Positions 19,511 through 29,756 of a stretch of DNA of 64,000 nt are shown here, piece after piece. The notes under the pieces are model-generated. The model did not search any database. It worked only from the letters and a program-made list of their open reading frames with translations, and was not told the DNA's origin. Source of the stretch: Alphaproteobacteria bacterium (GTDB lineage Bacteria; Pseudomonadota; Alphaproteobacteria; UBA6615). Numbering within the stretch: the first letter of the stretch is position 1; every line of letters starts with the position of its first letter. The translations under genes were made by a program, and so were the position numbers. The stretch is from assembly GCA_965222215.1 (NCBI GenBank), contig OZ244931.1, positions 2,426,375 to 2,490,374 on the forward strand, written 5' to 3'.

Positions 19511-20314
19511 ATGCCGATGACCCCGGCGCACGAAAGCGTTTCGATCAACTACGAAGTACATGGCGACGGGCCACCGCTTATCCTCATCAGCGGAACAGGG
19601 CACGATCTGCATTTCTGGGCCGGCCAGGTGCCGTTTTTCTCGGAGAAGTTCCGCACGATCGTGTTCGACAACCGGGGCGTCGGAAAATCCAGCGTGCCGG
19701 AGCCGGGCTACAGCCTTGCCGACATGGCTGACGATACCGCCCGAGTGCTCGACGCCGCGGGTATCGACAAGGCTCATGTGATGGGCTTTTCGATGGGCGG
19801 GCATATCGCACAGGAACTGACCATCAACCACCCCGATCGGGTTCTCACGCTCGGGATCCACCATAGCTGGACTCGCAACGGCGCCCGCCTGCGCAAGTTC
19901 CAGGAGACGCGCCGGTACCTCGCGGAACACGACCAGCGCGTCGCACTGGCCGAACTGAGCATGCTCGCGCTGCACGCCAGTGCCTATTACGACGCCCATG
20001 TGGAAGAGATGGAGGAACATCGCCAATTCCTGCTCAAGGCGTCCCCGGTCAACGCCGGCTGGATCGGCCAGCTCGAAGGCTGCATCGCCGGCGACACCTA
20101 CGACCGGCTGCCGCAGATATCCGTGCCGACCCTCATTACCTGCTCCGACCTCGACCTGATCGCCTCACCGCACCTGTCGGAGGAAATCCACAGCCGGATC
20201 CCCGGTTCGGAACTGAAAATCCTCAAGGGCACCGGACACGTCGCGCTGATGGAAGCGCCGGAGATGTTCGCCGACGTCTGTCTCGAATTCCTCGACCGGG
20301 TCGCCGCCCAATAA
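19511..20314 (+). CDS. alpha/beta-fold hydrolase
   Basis: 'HGDGPPLILISG' oxyanion region, nucleophile elbow 'GFSMGG', C-terminal His region. Confidence 0.7.
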   Translation: MPMTPAHESVSINYEVHGDGPPLILISGTGHDLHFWAGQVPFFSEKFRTIVFDNRGVGKSSVPEPGYSLADMADDTARVLDAAGIDKAHVMGFSMGGHIAQELTINHPDRVLTLGIHHSWTRNGARLRKFQETRRYLAEHDQRVALAELSMLALHASAYYDAHVEEMEEHRQFLLKASPVNAGWIGQLEGCIAGDTYDRLPQISVPTLITCSDLDLIASPHLSEEIHSRIPGSELKILKGTGHVALMEAPEMFADVCLEFLDRVAAQ

Positions 20315-20358
20315 ATCGGACCGAAATATGCCCGGCGCACGCGTCGGATCGAATAAAA

Positions 20359-20450
20359 CGTCATTGCGAGCGGAACAAAGCAATCCAGACGCCGGGCCGC
20401 GTGACGCCTCCACACTGGATTGCCACGACGCCTGCGGCGTCTCGCAACGA
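20359..20450. repeat. REP/MITE-like palindromic repeat, copy 4
   Basis: 'gtcattgcgagcggaacaaagcaatccagacgcc...ctggattgccacgacgcctgcggcgtctcgcaacgac'. Confidence 0.65.
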
Positions 20451-20592
20451 CAAACCAAAACCTCAACGAACAAATCCGACCCCAGCAGGTGCAGGCGAAT
20501 CTATGCGAGGTTCACCTTGAGCCGTGGGACGCCGCGCCTGATAATCCCCGGATAACCGCAGAAAAAAACGCGGAACATTCGGAGGGAAGGCC

Positions 20593-22215
20593 ATGCGCGG
20601 ACTGATCATGGACCGGCCGCTGCTGATCTCGGATCTGCTACGGCATGCCGACGCCAATTCCGGTGAGCGCGAGATCGTGACCCGGACGGTCGAGGGGCCG
20701 ATCCACCGCTACACCTACCGCGACGCCCACAAGCGCGCGCGGCAGCTCGCCAACGCACTCCAGGCGCTGGATGTGAAGCTCGGCGACCGCATTGCCACCC
20801 TCGCCTGGAACACCTACCGGCACTTCGAAGTGTACTACGCCGTGTCGGGCATCGGGGCGATCACCCATACCCTGAACCCGCGCCTGCACCCGTCGCAGCT
20901 CACCTACATCGTCAACCATGCCGAGGATTCCTACATCTTCGTCGACCTCAACCTCGTCGGGCTGGTCGAGGCGGTGGAAGCAGACCTGACCAGCGTGCGC
21001 GGCATCGTGGTCATGACCGACAAGGCCAACATGCCGGAGACCGGCCTGGCGAACGCGATCTGCTACGAGGAGCTGGTCGAGGGCCAGACCGACGACTTCG
21101 AATGGCCCGAGTTCGACGAGAACACCGCATCGTCGCTCTGTTACACGTCGGGGACGACCGGCAACCCCAAGGGCGCCCTCTACAGCCACCGCTCGACGAT
21201 CCTGCACGCCTACGGGTCGGCCCTGCCGGACGTGCTCCACCTGGGCGAGAACGAGGTTGTCCTGCCCGTCGTCCCGATGTTCCACGTCAACGCGTGGGGC
21301 ATCCCCTACGGCGCGACCATGGCGGGCTCGAAGCTCGTGTTCCCGGGCGCCGGGCTTGACGGGGCGAGCGTGCACGAGATGCTGGAAAGCGAGGGGGTCA
21401 CCATGACGGCGGGCGTGCCGACCGTCTGGCTGAACCTGCTGAACTACTGGCGGGAGACCGGAACCCGTGTCGAGAGCCTGAAACGGGTCATCATTGGCGG
21501 CTCGGCCTGCCCGGAATCGATGATCCGCGCGTTCCAGGACGAATTCGGCGCGGAGGTGCGTCACGCCTGGGGCATGACCGAGATGAGCCCGCTGGGCACG
21601 GTCTCCATCCCCAAGCCGTCGATGACCGAAGACAAGGAACGCTTGCGCAAGCAGGCAAAACAGGGGCGCGCCGTCTTCGGCGTCCAGATGCGGATCGTCG
21701 ACGACGAAGGCAATGAGGTTCCCCATGACGGCGAAGCCTTCGGCGAGCTTCAGGTGCGCGGCCCCTGGATCACCAGCGGTTACTTCAAGCTCGATCACTC
21801 CGATGCCCATGACAACGACGGCTGGTTCGCTACGGGCGACGTATCCACCATGGACCCGCACGGCTACATGGAAGTCACCGACCGCGCGAAGGACGTTATC
21901 AAGTCGGGCGGCGAATGGATCAGCTCGATCGAGATCGAAAATCACGCGATGGGCCATCCGGACGTGGCACAGGCAGCAGTCATCGGCCTGCCCGACCCCA
22001 AATGGGACGAGCGGCCCCTGCTGATCGTAGTGCCCGCCGCGGGCAAGACCCCGACCCATGCGGAGCTGACGGAATTCCTGTCGGACAAGGTCGCGAAATG
22101 GTGGCTGCCGGAAGACACGGTGCTGACCGACGAGTTACCGCTGGGCGCGACCGGCAAGGTACTCAAGACCGAACTGCGCGAGCGGTTCGGCGACCACAAG
22201 TTGCCGGATGCGTAG
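20593..22215 (+). CDS. AMP-dependent acyl-CoA synthetase/ligase (FadD-like)
   Basis: 540 aa; AMP-binding motifs 'YTSGTTGNPKG', 'GWFATGD'; SD 'ggaggga'. Confidence 0.85.
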   Translation: MRGLIMDRPLLISDLLRHADANSGEREIVTRTVEGPIHRYTYRDAHKRARQLANALQALDVKLGDRIATLAWNTYRHFEVYYAVSGIGAITHTLNPRLHPSQLTYIVNHAEDSYIFVDLNLVGLVEAVEADLTSVRGIVVMTDKANMPETGLANAICYEELVEGQTDDFEWPEFDENTASSLCYTSGTTGNPKGALYSHRSTILHAYGSALPDVLHLGENEVVLPVVPMFHVNAWGIPYGATMAGSKLVFPGAGLDGASVHEMLESEGVTMTAGVPTVWLNLLNYWRETGTRVESLKRVIIGGSACPESMIRAFQDEFGAEVRHAWGMTEMSPLGTVSIPKPSMTEDKERLRKQAKQGRAVFGVQMRIVDDEGNEVPHDGEAFGELQVRGPWITSGYFKLDHSDAHDNDGWFATGDVSTMDPHGYMEVTDRAKDVIKSGGEWISSIEIENHAMGHPDVAQAAVIGLPDPKWDERPLLIVVPAAGKTPTHAELTEFLSDKVAKWWLPEDTVLTDELPLGATGKVLKTELRERFGDHKLPDA

Positions 22216-22224
22216 AACGACGGT

Positions 22225-22332
22225 GCTGTAGGGGCGGGTTTCAAACCCGCCCGGTTCTGTCTGAGTATCCTTATCAGCAACCCCCAAAATACAGCCGTCG
22301 AGCGGGCGGGTTTGAAACCCGCCCCTACAAGC
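22225..22332 (+). terminator. pair of strong GC hairpins forming a larger inverted repeat between the CoA ligase and nitroreductase genes (putative terminator/structured element)
   Basis: 'ctgtaggggcgggtttcaaacccgccc' and 'gggcgggtttgaaacccgcccctacaag' are each self-complementary and are reverse complements of one another, ~50 nt apart. Confidence 0.4.
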
Positions 22333-22361
22333 GACGACAGAACTTCCGAAGGAAACGTGAC

Positions 22362-23192
22362 ATGACCTCCCCCGACACCATCCACGACATGCTGCAACTC
22401 CGGTTCGACGATGTGCCGGAATACGGCGGCGCGTCGCCGGACCTGTGGCGCAGCATCGCGGAACGGCAGTCCTGCCGCGCTTTCACCGACGACCCGGTCG
22501 ATCCGGTGTTGCTGCAGACCGTTTGCGCGCTGGCGCTAAGCTCACCGACCAAGAGCGACCTGCAGCAGCGTGACATCATCGTCGTGACCGACCCGGACAA
22601 ACGCACCGCTATCGACGCGCTGTTCCCGGCCATGCCCTGGATGTCGTCGGCACCGGTCTTCGTGCTGTTCTGCGGCAACAACCGGCGCCTTCGCCAGGTG
22701 AGCGAGGCTCAGGACGTGCCGTTTGCTAACGACCACCTGGACGCCTTCTTCAACGCCGCCGTCGATGCTGGGATCGCCCTGTCGGCGTTCTCGCTGGCGG
22801 CCGAAGCCGCAGGTCTGGGCACCTGTTCGATCAGCGCGGTGCGCGACCACATCGACCTTTTCGACGAGATGCTCGAACTGCCCGACTGGGTGTTCCCGAT
22901 CGCCGGCATGGTTGTGGGCTGGCCGGCGCGCACCCCCCGGGTAAATATCCGCCTGCCGCTCGCGGCGACGGTCCACACCAACCGGTACAACGAAGAGGCG
23001 CAGCAGACGGCCATCGACGCGTACGACACGCGCCGGGCCGACATCAGGCCCTACGGCGCCCAGCGCGAGCCCGACCGCTTCGGCGAGGCACCGCTTTACG
23101 GCTGGTCCCATGACAAGGCGCGCCAGTACGCCGTGCCCCAGCGCACCGATTTCGGCACGTATGTGCGTCGCAAGGGCTTCAAGCTGGACTGA
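22362..23192 (+). CDS. nitroreductase-family (NfsA/FRP-like) flavoprotein
   Basis: 276 aa; 'QSCRAF' and nitroreductase-fold pattern. The 425-aa ORF-track version has an N-terminal extension overlapping the ligase and was trimmed. Confidence 0.7.
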   Translation: MTSPDTIHDMLQLRFDDVPEYGGASPDLWRSIAERQSCRAFTDDPVDPVLLQTVCALALSSPTKSDLQQRDIIVVTDPDKRTAIDALFPAMPWMSSAPVFVLFCGNNRRLRQVSEAQDVPFANDHLDAFFNAAVDAGIALSAFSLAAEAAGLGTCSISAVRDHIDLFDEMLELPDWVFPIAGMVVGWPARTPRVNIRLPLAATVHTNRYNEEAQQTAIDAYDTRRADIRPYGAQREPDRFGEAPLYGWSHDKARQYAVPQRTDFGTYVRRKGFKLD

Positions 23193-23302
23193 GGGATAGA
23201 CTCCCAAAATCGTCATGCCCGGGCTTGACCCGGGCATCTCCGCACAGACCGAGGTGAGATCCGCGGATCAAGTCCGCGCATGACGCTATGTTGTCGATTG
23301 CC

Positions 23303-24064
23303 CTACCAGACGCTCCAGCCGGCATCGACGATGATCGTCTCGCCGTGGATCATCCGGGAATCCTCGGTGGCGAGGAACACGGCCGTGCCGGTCATGTCCT
23401 CCGGGTCCATGAAGTCGATCCCCGTCGGGGTCAGCGTCTTCATCAGTTCGACATATTCCTCGTTGCCCGGCCCGCGGACGTGGGCGTTGAGCGGCGTTGC
23501 GACGTTGCCCGGCGCGATGGAGTTGACGTTGATCTTCTCCTTGCCGAGCTCGGCGGCGAGCGCGCGGGTGACGTTGACCACGCCGCCCTTCGACGCGCAG
23601 TAGCCCGGGCAGTTCGGGAATGCACCCGTTCCGGCGATGGACGAGATATTCACGACCTTGCCGCCGCCGATCTCGCGCCAGTGAGGCACCAGCGTCTTGA
23701 TCATGAAGAAATAGCCCTTGAGGTTCAGGTCGAGCTGCTCGTCCCAGATTTCCTCGGTCGTCTCCATCACGGGCACGGTCCGGAATACGCCGGCGTTGTT
23801 GACCAGGATATCCACCTGCCCGAAATCCGCGATCACGTCGGCACAGAGCTTCTCGATGTTCGCCACTTTCGAAACGTCGGCCTTGAAGAGCTTGGCCTTG
23901 CCGCCCGCTGCCTCGACCTTCTTCGCGACCTCGGCCGCACCGTCGTCGTTGCTCTTGTAGACGAGCGCCACGGTGGCGCCCTCCGCGCCGAAGCGCTCGG
24001 CGATGGCCGCGCCGATGCCCACCGACGCGCCGGTGACAATCGCTTTTTTTCCTTCGAGCCGCAT
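23303..24064 (-). CDS. SDR-family oxidoreductase (classical short-chain dehydrogenase)
   Basis: 'TGASVGIGAAIA' cofactor motif, 'NNAG', catalytic 'YCASKGG'. Confidence 0.85.
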   Translation of the reverse strand: MRLEGKKAIVTGASVGIGAAIAERFGAEGATVALVYKSNDDGAAEVAKKVEAAGGKAKLFKADVSKVANIEKLCADVIADFGQVDILVNNAGVFRTVPVMETTEEIWDEQLDLNLKGYFFMIKTLVPHWREIGGGKVVNISSIAGTGAFPNCPGYCASKGGVVNVTRALAAELGKEKINVNSIAPGNVATPLNAHVRGPGNEEYVELMKTLTPTGIDFMDPEDMTGTAVFLATEDSRMIHGETIIVDAGWSVW

Positions 24065-24082
24065 GATTTCTCTCCTGTTCGT

Positions 24083-25837
24083 TCAGTTTCTCAGTTCTGC
24101 CGTGCGCGCGGCGTCCACGCTCATGTCGTCCGCAATCGCCACAGCATAAATTTCTTCCGCGCGCTCGCGCGTTATCAGCCCCTCGCGCACATCCTTCAGC
24201 ACCTGTTCGGGATCGCGCGACACCGGATCGCCGTAGCCTCCGCCACCCTGGGCGATGGAGACAAGTGTCTCCCCGTCCTCGATCCAGACGATGGAGCACT
24301 GTTCCAGTTCTTCGAGTGCCTTGTTACGCGTGCGCTTGAACTGGTTGGAACGCGCCGCCGGCAGTCCCGCCCGCGCACCCTGCGGGACGTGGATATTGCC
24401 GTCATGCACGAAGCCCGCTTCCATCCGGCAATCCACCGGACCGTACTCGACCTCGATCCCCGGCGCGCCGCGATGCCGTCCCGCACCCTCGCTGTCGGGA
24501 ATGAGCCGCCGGGTGTGCACATGGATCGGGGTGTAGACCTCGTCGAGTTCGACGGAATCGATAAAACACATGCCGCCGTTGCCGACATGCAGCATGGTCA
24601 GCCACGCATCCTGGTGCGGCGCGCCCGCGCCCGCCGTGTGGCCGAGGAAGAGCTGATTCACATAGGGTTTGCCGTTGCGGGGATCCGTGCCGGACACCAC
24701 CGCCGTGGACGGCGGACAGAAGCACCCCACCTCGCCCATCCCGAACCCGTCGCCGAGTTCCGCCATCGCGCGCTGGGTGGCCGACGTGATGCGGTCGGCG
24801 AGATTCGTGGTCGAGGCCGAACAGCTGATCGGGTGGCGCGGAATGCCGACCACGCCCGCGTCTTTCAGCTTGAGCTCGATCCGGCGTAGCGACCCGGCGT
24901 TTTTCGGAACCGTGTGGTCGATGGAGTTGAATACCCCGATATAGGCCGCCGTTCGGGTACAGGATTCCGAGACGTTGAGCCCACAATTCATCTGGTCGGC
25001 ATTGTCGAGCAGATCGACCTCGATATTGCCCGCTGTCGGATCGACGGACACTTTCGACGTCACGCAGATGCCCTCGTCCGGCGTGCCGGGGATGGCGTCA
25101 TGGGTCGACTGCGCCGAGGCGTTGCCTGCCGGGATGTCTCCGATGGCGTCGGCCATGCGTTTTTCGGAGTACTCGAACCACTGGCCGGTGAAGGCGTGCA
25201 GCGTGTCCCAGCCAACTTCCTCGCCCAGCGCGAGGATTTCCCGCTCGCCGATCAGCGCCGAGCCGAGCATCGCGAGAAAATCGCCGTGCCACTGTTCCGG
25301 CACACGAATACGCAACTGGCACATCCGGATGATATCCTCGACGGTCTCGTAGTCCTTCAGGACCTGGACGGCCGGGAAGATCAGCGCGCCCTCCTCATAC
25401 ACGTCACGCGCGGTGCCGTGATAGGTCGTCGGAATCGAGTTTCCGATGTCAGCCTGGTGGGCCTTCGCCAGCACCGTGAAGTGATGCGTCCCGGCATCGT
25501 CGATGACCGGCATGATGATTGTATGGTCCGCGGGATGCGAACAGCCGTGGTAGGGCGAGTTGTGCAGGAAGGCATCGCCCTTCTTCAGGTCCGGGTGAAA
25601 CTCCTTCATCGATCGGGCCATGATGTCCGGCCCGGACAGCACGTGGATCGGCAGGCTCTCGGCCACCGCCAGCAGATCGCAATCCGCCGTCAGGATGCAG
25701 CAGGAGAAGTCCTTCGCCCGGTTGAGAACACCCGAGCGCCCTGTTCGCAGCAGGGTGTTGCCCATCTTCGAGGAGATCCCCTCGAACCGGTTGGCGAGGA
25801 TGGCGAGCTGCGCGCCGTCGAGTTGCCTGTCGCTCAT
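24083..25837 (-). CDS. hydantoinase B/oxoprolinase-family protein (HyuB-type subunit)
   Basis: 584 aa; family-typical N-terminus 'LAILANRFEGISSKMGNTLLRTGRS...' ; follows HyuA by 10 nt. Confidence 0.85.
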   Translation of the reverse strand: MSDRQLDGAQLAILANRFEGISSKMGNTLLRTGRSGVLNRAKDFSCCILTADCDLLAVAESLPIHVLSGPDIMARSMKEFHPDLKKGDAFLHNSPYHGCSHPADHTIIMPVIDDAGTHHFTVLAKAHQADIGNSIPTTYHGTARDVYEEGALIFPAVQVLKDYETVEDIIRMCQLRIRVPEQWHGDFLAMLGSALIGEREILALGEEVGWDTLHAFTGQWFEYSEKRMADAIGDIPAGNASAQSTHDAIPGTPDEGICVTSKVSVDPTAGNIEVDLLDNADQMNCGLNVSESCTRTAAYIGVFNSIDHTVPKNAGSLRRIELKLKDAGVVGIPRHPISCSASTTNLADRITSATQRAMAELGDGFGMGEVGCFCPPSTAVVSGTDPRNGKPYVNQLFLGHTAGAGAPHQDAWLTMLHVGNGGMCFIDSVELDEVYTPIHVHTRRLIPDSEGAGRHRGAPGIEVEYGPVDCRMEAGFVHDGNIHVPQGARAGLPAARSNQFKRTRNKALEELEQCSIVWIEDGETLVSIAQGGGGYGDPVSRDPEQVLKDVREGLITRERAEEIYAVAIADDMSVDAARTAELRN

Positions 25838-25847
25838 CTATTCCTCC

Positions 25848-27908
25848 CTACGGCCGCATCACGAGGCTGCCCGCGGCCGTGCGTTCGAAGGTCGTGGCGC
25901 TGTCCGCGATGACTGTTGTGAACGGCGATTCGATGATGGCCGGTCCGGAATGCTTTTCCCCGGCGGCCATGGATTCGAAATCGAACACAGTCGCCTCGAC
26001 CTCACCTTCCCCGGCAAAATAGACACGTCTCGTTCCGGAAACCTCATGTGCCTTGCCCGCCGCAAGCCGGCCCGGACCACCTTCCCGCAGTCCGCAGCGC
26101 GCCGTGACGGTCCAGCCAACATATTCGATGGCCGAGCCCGGATCGCGAATCGCGAAAATCCGCTCGTGCATGGCATGAAAGGCCTCATTGAGTGCGGCGA
26201 GCTGGTCGTCATTCTCGAAGCGGTCCATCGGCAGCGGCACCTCGATCTCCCAGACCTGGGACGCATAGCGCGCCTCCACGGCGAACTCTATCCCGGAAGA
26301 CGCAGCGCGCGCGCCGGGCCCGTCGATGAATTCCTGCGCCTGGGCGCGCAGACCGTCGAGGGTCGCATTGACGCCGTCACGATCGAACGCATCGGAAGTG
26401 GTGAAGAAGGTCGCGCGGTATTCGTTTGTCAGATCCGACATCAGCGCCCCCGCCGCGCTCAACCCCGCGCCGGTCTCGGGAATCAGCAAGGTGGGGCAGC
26501 CAAGGCGGCGTGCGATGTAGATCGAGTTGAGGCCGGCCGCTCCGCCGCCGCCGATCAGCACGGATTCTGCAGGGTCGATCCCCTGGTCGACGGTGATGTC
26601 CGAAATCGCCTGCACCATGTTCTCCGTGGCCACGCTGAGGATCGCGGCGGCGGCTTCCTCGACGGGCAGGCCCAGCGGCGACGCCACATGGTCCTCGACG
26701 GCCTTGCGGGCCCCCGCCGCGTCCAGTTCCATCGTTCCACCCAGGAAATAGCCGGGATCGAGATAGCCGAGTGTGACGCAGGCATCGGTGACGGTCGGCT
26801 CGGTGCCGCCCGCGCCGTAGCAGACCGGCCCCGGTACCGCGCCCGCGCTCCGGGGGCCGACATGGAGCAGGCCACCCTTGTCGACCCAGGCGATGGATCC
26901 GCCACCGGCGCCGACGCTCTTGATATCGATCGAGGGGAACCCGGTCATGTGGCCGCGGAACGGCTGGCCGATCCAGGTCTCCTTGGTCAGCGGGATGCGC
27001 CCGTCGCGCACAAGGCTGACATCGTAGGTCGTCCCGCCCGTGTCGGCGATGATGACGTTCGCGGCACCGGAATCGATTTCGGCGTAGTTGCGGCCCGCAA
27101 TCGGCGCCATCGACGGGCCGGAATTGATCGCGTGGATCGGCTTCTGCGCGAGGTCGCTCGCGTCCAGCATGCCGCCCTGGGACGTCAGCACGAGTGTGCG
27201 TCCGTCGAAGCCCGCCTCGGCCAGACGCTGCGTCAGCCCGCCGAGATACTTGCCCATGAGCGGCTTGAGCGAGGCATCGATGGCCGTGGCGGACGCCCGC
27301 CGGTATTCACGCAAGGCCGGGTTGAGCTGGTGGGACAGCGAATAGGGCACACCGGACAGGTGTTCTTCCAGCAACTCGCCGACGCGCAGTTCGTGGGCCG
27401 GGTTGTAGATCGACCAAAGGAAACAGATCGCGACGGCTTCGACGTCGGCGTCCCGGAGTTTGCCGATGATCTCGACGGTCGCCGCCTCGTCCAGTGGCGT
27501 GTGCACCGCGCCCGCACTATCGATGCGCTCCGGCACCTCGAACGTCAGGGAGCGCGGCACATACGGATCGGGATAGGGCGCGACGAAGTTGAACGGCTCG
27601 ATACGCCCGCCCTCGCGCAGCACAAGGATATCGGGATGTCCGCCCGTGGTCAGGAACGCGGTTTTCGCGGTGTTGCCGGTGATGATGGCGTTGATGGCGT
27701 GGGTCGTGCCGTGGATCAGCATGTCCCCGCGACCCAACAATTCAGTGAGTTCTATGTCCCGGTCTTCCGCCGCCAGCGCGAGCGCGTCGAGCACGCCCTT
27801 CACCGGATCAGACGGCGTCGTCGACGCCTTGTACATGGTCAGGGACCCGTCATCGTCCTCGACGATCAGATCGGTAAACGTACCCCCGGTATCGCAAGCG
27901 AACCGCAT
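25848..27908 (-). CDS. hydantoinase A/oxoprolinase-family protein (HyuA-type ATP-dependent subunit)
   Basis: 686 aa; 'DTGGTFTDLIV' ASKHA-type ATPase N-terminus. Confidence 0.85.
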   Translation of the reverse strand: MRFACDTGGTFTDLIVEDDDGSLTMYKASTTPSDPVKGVLDALALAAEDRDIELTELLGRGDMLIHGTTHAINAIITGNTAKTAFLTTGGHPDILVLREGGRIEPFNFVAPYPDPYVPRSLTFEVPERIDSAGAVHTPLDEAATVEIIGKLRDADVEAVAICFLWSIYNPAHELRVGELLEEHLSGVPYSLSHQLNPALREYRRASATAIDASLKPLMGKYLGGLTQRLAEAGFDGRTLVLTSQGGMLDASDLAQKPIHAINSGPSMAPIAGRNYAEIDSGAANVIIADTGGTTYDVSLVRDGRIPLTKETWIGQPFRGHMTGFPSIDIKSVGAGGGSIAWVDKGGLLHVGPRSAGAVPGPVCYGAGGTEPTVTDACVTLGYLDPGYFLGGTMELDAAGARKAVEDHVASPLGLPVEEAAAAILSVATENMVQAISDITVDQGIDPAESVLIGGGGAAGLNSIYIARRLGCPTLLIPETGAGLSAAGALMSDLTNEYRATFFTTSDAFDRDGVNATLDGLRAQAQEFIDGPGARAASSGIEFAVEARYASQVWEIEVPLPMDRFENDDQLAALNEAFHAMHERIFAIRDPGSAIEYVGWTVTARCGLREGGPGRLAAGKAHEVSGTRRVYFAGEGEVEATVFDFESMAAGEKHSGPAIIESPFTTVIADSATTFERTAAGSLVMRP

Positions 27909-27995
27909 GAACCCCCTCCTTCAGCCCCCGCAAATTCGTTGCCGTTTGCGCTCGGGCGTTGCGATTTTGAACAGTCACCTCCCCCACAACAAGGG

Positions 27996-29114
27996 TCAGC
28001 CGGACAGAATCTCCTTTATCGGAACCGGCTCGACACCGAAGCTTTCGGCTACGACCGGGTGGACGATTTCGCCTTTCGCGACGTTGAGACCGTTGCACAA
28101 ATGAGGATCGCCGCGCAGCGCCTCGACAATGCCCAGATCCGCAATCCGCAGCCCCTGCGCCAGGGTCGCGTGATTGAGCGCGGTGGATGCCGTCAGCGGT
28201 ACCGCGCCGGGCATGTTCGCCACGCAATAGTGCACGATACCGTCGACCACATAGGTCGGGTCCTCGTGGGTAGTGGGGCGGCTGGTCTCGAAACAGCCGC
28301 CCTGGTCGATGGCGACGTCGATCAGGGCCGCCCCCTTTTTCATCCGCCCCAGCATCTCCCGATCAACGAGCTTCGGCGCGCGCGCGCCCGCCACCAGCAC
28401 GGCGCCGATCACAGCGTCGGCGGATGCGGTCGATTCTTCCAACGCGCCGCCGGTGGAATAGAGCGTACGGATGCGCCCGTCGAAGGCCGAGTCGATCTCG
28501 CGCAGACGCGGGATCGAGGTGTCCAGCACGGTGACATCCGCACCGACGCCCATGGCCATGCGCGCGGCATTGATCCCCACCACCCCGCCGCCGATCACCA
28601 CGACGCGCGCCGGCGGCACACCCGGGACACCGCCGAGCAGCACACCGCGCCCTTCGGACTGGGCCGTCAGGGCGTGGCCGGCCGCCTGGACCGCGAGCCG
28701 TCCGGCGACTTCGCTCATGGGCGCCAGCAGGGGAAGCCCGCCCGCGTCGTCGGTGACCGTTTCGTAAGCAATGGCATAAACACCGGCCTTGCGAAGGTCT
28801 TCGGTCTGTTCGGGGTCGGGCGCGAGGTGCAGGTACGTGAACAGGACCTGGCCGTCGCGCAGCATCGCGCGCTCTCCGGCCAGCGGTTCCTTCACCTTGA
28901 CGATCATCTCCGCGCGTTCGAACACGTCTTTCGCATCGGGCACGATCTCGGCGCCCATGGCCAGATAGTCGTCGTCCGAGGCATTCAGGCCGGCGCCGGC
29001 GCCGCTCTGGACGAGAACGGCGTGTCCGTGGGCGACGAACTCCCGCACGCTCGCCGGCGTCAGCCCGACGCGACGCTCCTGCGGCTTGATCTCTGTCGGC
29101 ACTCCAATTCGCAT
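27996..29114 (-). CDS. ald: alanine dehydrogenase
   Basis: ~372 aa; 'MRIGVPTEIKPQERRVGLTP' N-terminus, NAD motif 'VVVIGGGVVGINAA'; divergent Lrp/AsnC regulator. Confidence 0.9.
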   Translation of the reverse strand: MRIGVPTEIKPQERRVGLTPASVREFVAHGHAVLVQSGAGAGLNASDDDYLAMGAEIVPDAKDVFERAEMIVKVKEPLAGERAMLRDGQVLFTYLHLAPDPEQTEDLRKAGVYAIAYETVTDDAGGLPLLAPMSEVAGRLAVQAAGHALTAQSEGRGVLLGGVPGVPPARVVVIGGGVVGINAARMAMGVGADVTVLDTSIPRLREIDSAFDGRIRTLYSTGGALEESTASADAVIGAVLVAGARAPKLVDREMLGRMKKGAALIDVAIDQGGCFETSRPTTHEDPTYVVDGIVHYCVANMPGAVPLTASTALNHATLAQGLRIADLGIVEALRGDPHLCNGLNVAKGEIVHPVVAESFGVEPVPIKEILSG

Positions 29115-29248
29115 CGCTTTCCCCTTCCAGGCAGCACCCGTGGAACATGCACGAGTCGTAAAGGCAGATGTATGCAATCTCTCGAAACATTCAGCCCTTC
29201 GTGCATTTTTTGTGCATATTTCCAATTTATTTGCTATTTTCTTGCGTC

Positions 29249-29704
29249 ATGGACCTCGATCTCGCGGACATCTCGATTCTCAATGTCCTCCGCCGGGACG
29301 GCCGTATTACCAACCAGCAGCTTGCAGAGCAGGTCGGACTGTCGGCCTCGGCGTGTTCGCGCCGGATCCGGAGGCTCGAACGGAATGGCGTGATCTCCGG
29401 ATACGGCGCGAGCGTGGACGAGGTCGCGCTCGGCCGCGGGCTGTCGATAATGATCTTCATCACCCTGAGCCAGCAAAGTCAGGAGTTCCTCGACGCGTTC
29501 GAGGCCGCCGTCCGCAATTGCCCGGGGGCGCAGGACGGCACGATCGCCGAATGTTACCTGCTTTCCGGACGATACGACTACGCGATGCGAGCCAGCGTGC
29601 GCGACATGGCCGACTACGAGACCTTCCACAAGGAACAACTCTCCCGTCTGCCCGGGGTCGCGCGGCTCGAGACGAGTTTTGCCATGCGCAAGGTTCTGGA
29701 CTGA
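29249..29704 (+). CDS. Lrp/AsnC-family transcriptional regulator
   Basis: 151 aa; N-terminal HTH 'DISILNVLRRDGRITNQQLAEQVGLSASACSRRIRRLE', C-terminal RAM domain; divergent from ald. Confidence 0.85.
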   Translation: MDLDLADISILNVLRRDGRITNQQLAEQVGLSASACSRRIRRLERNGVISGYGASVDEVALGRGLSIMIFITLSQQSQEFLDAFEAAVRNCPGAQDGTIAECYLLSGRYDYAMRASVRDMADYETFHKEQLSRLPGVARLETSFAMRKVLD

Positions 29705-29756
29705 CAGGCGCAACCCGTCGGTTGACGATCCCGGCGCGGCGCGCGACGGTGGACCC

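Noticed and set aside
21915-22361. N-terminal 149-aa extension of the nitroreductase ORF (425-aa version)
   Set aside because: The extension overlaps the 3' end of the CoA ligase gene and the hairpin-rich intergenic region and has junk-like composition. The family-sized protein starts at the ATG at 22362, preceded by 'ggaaacgtgac'.
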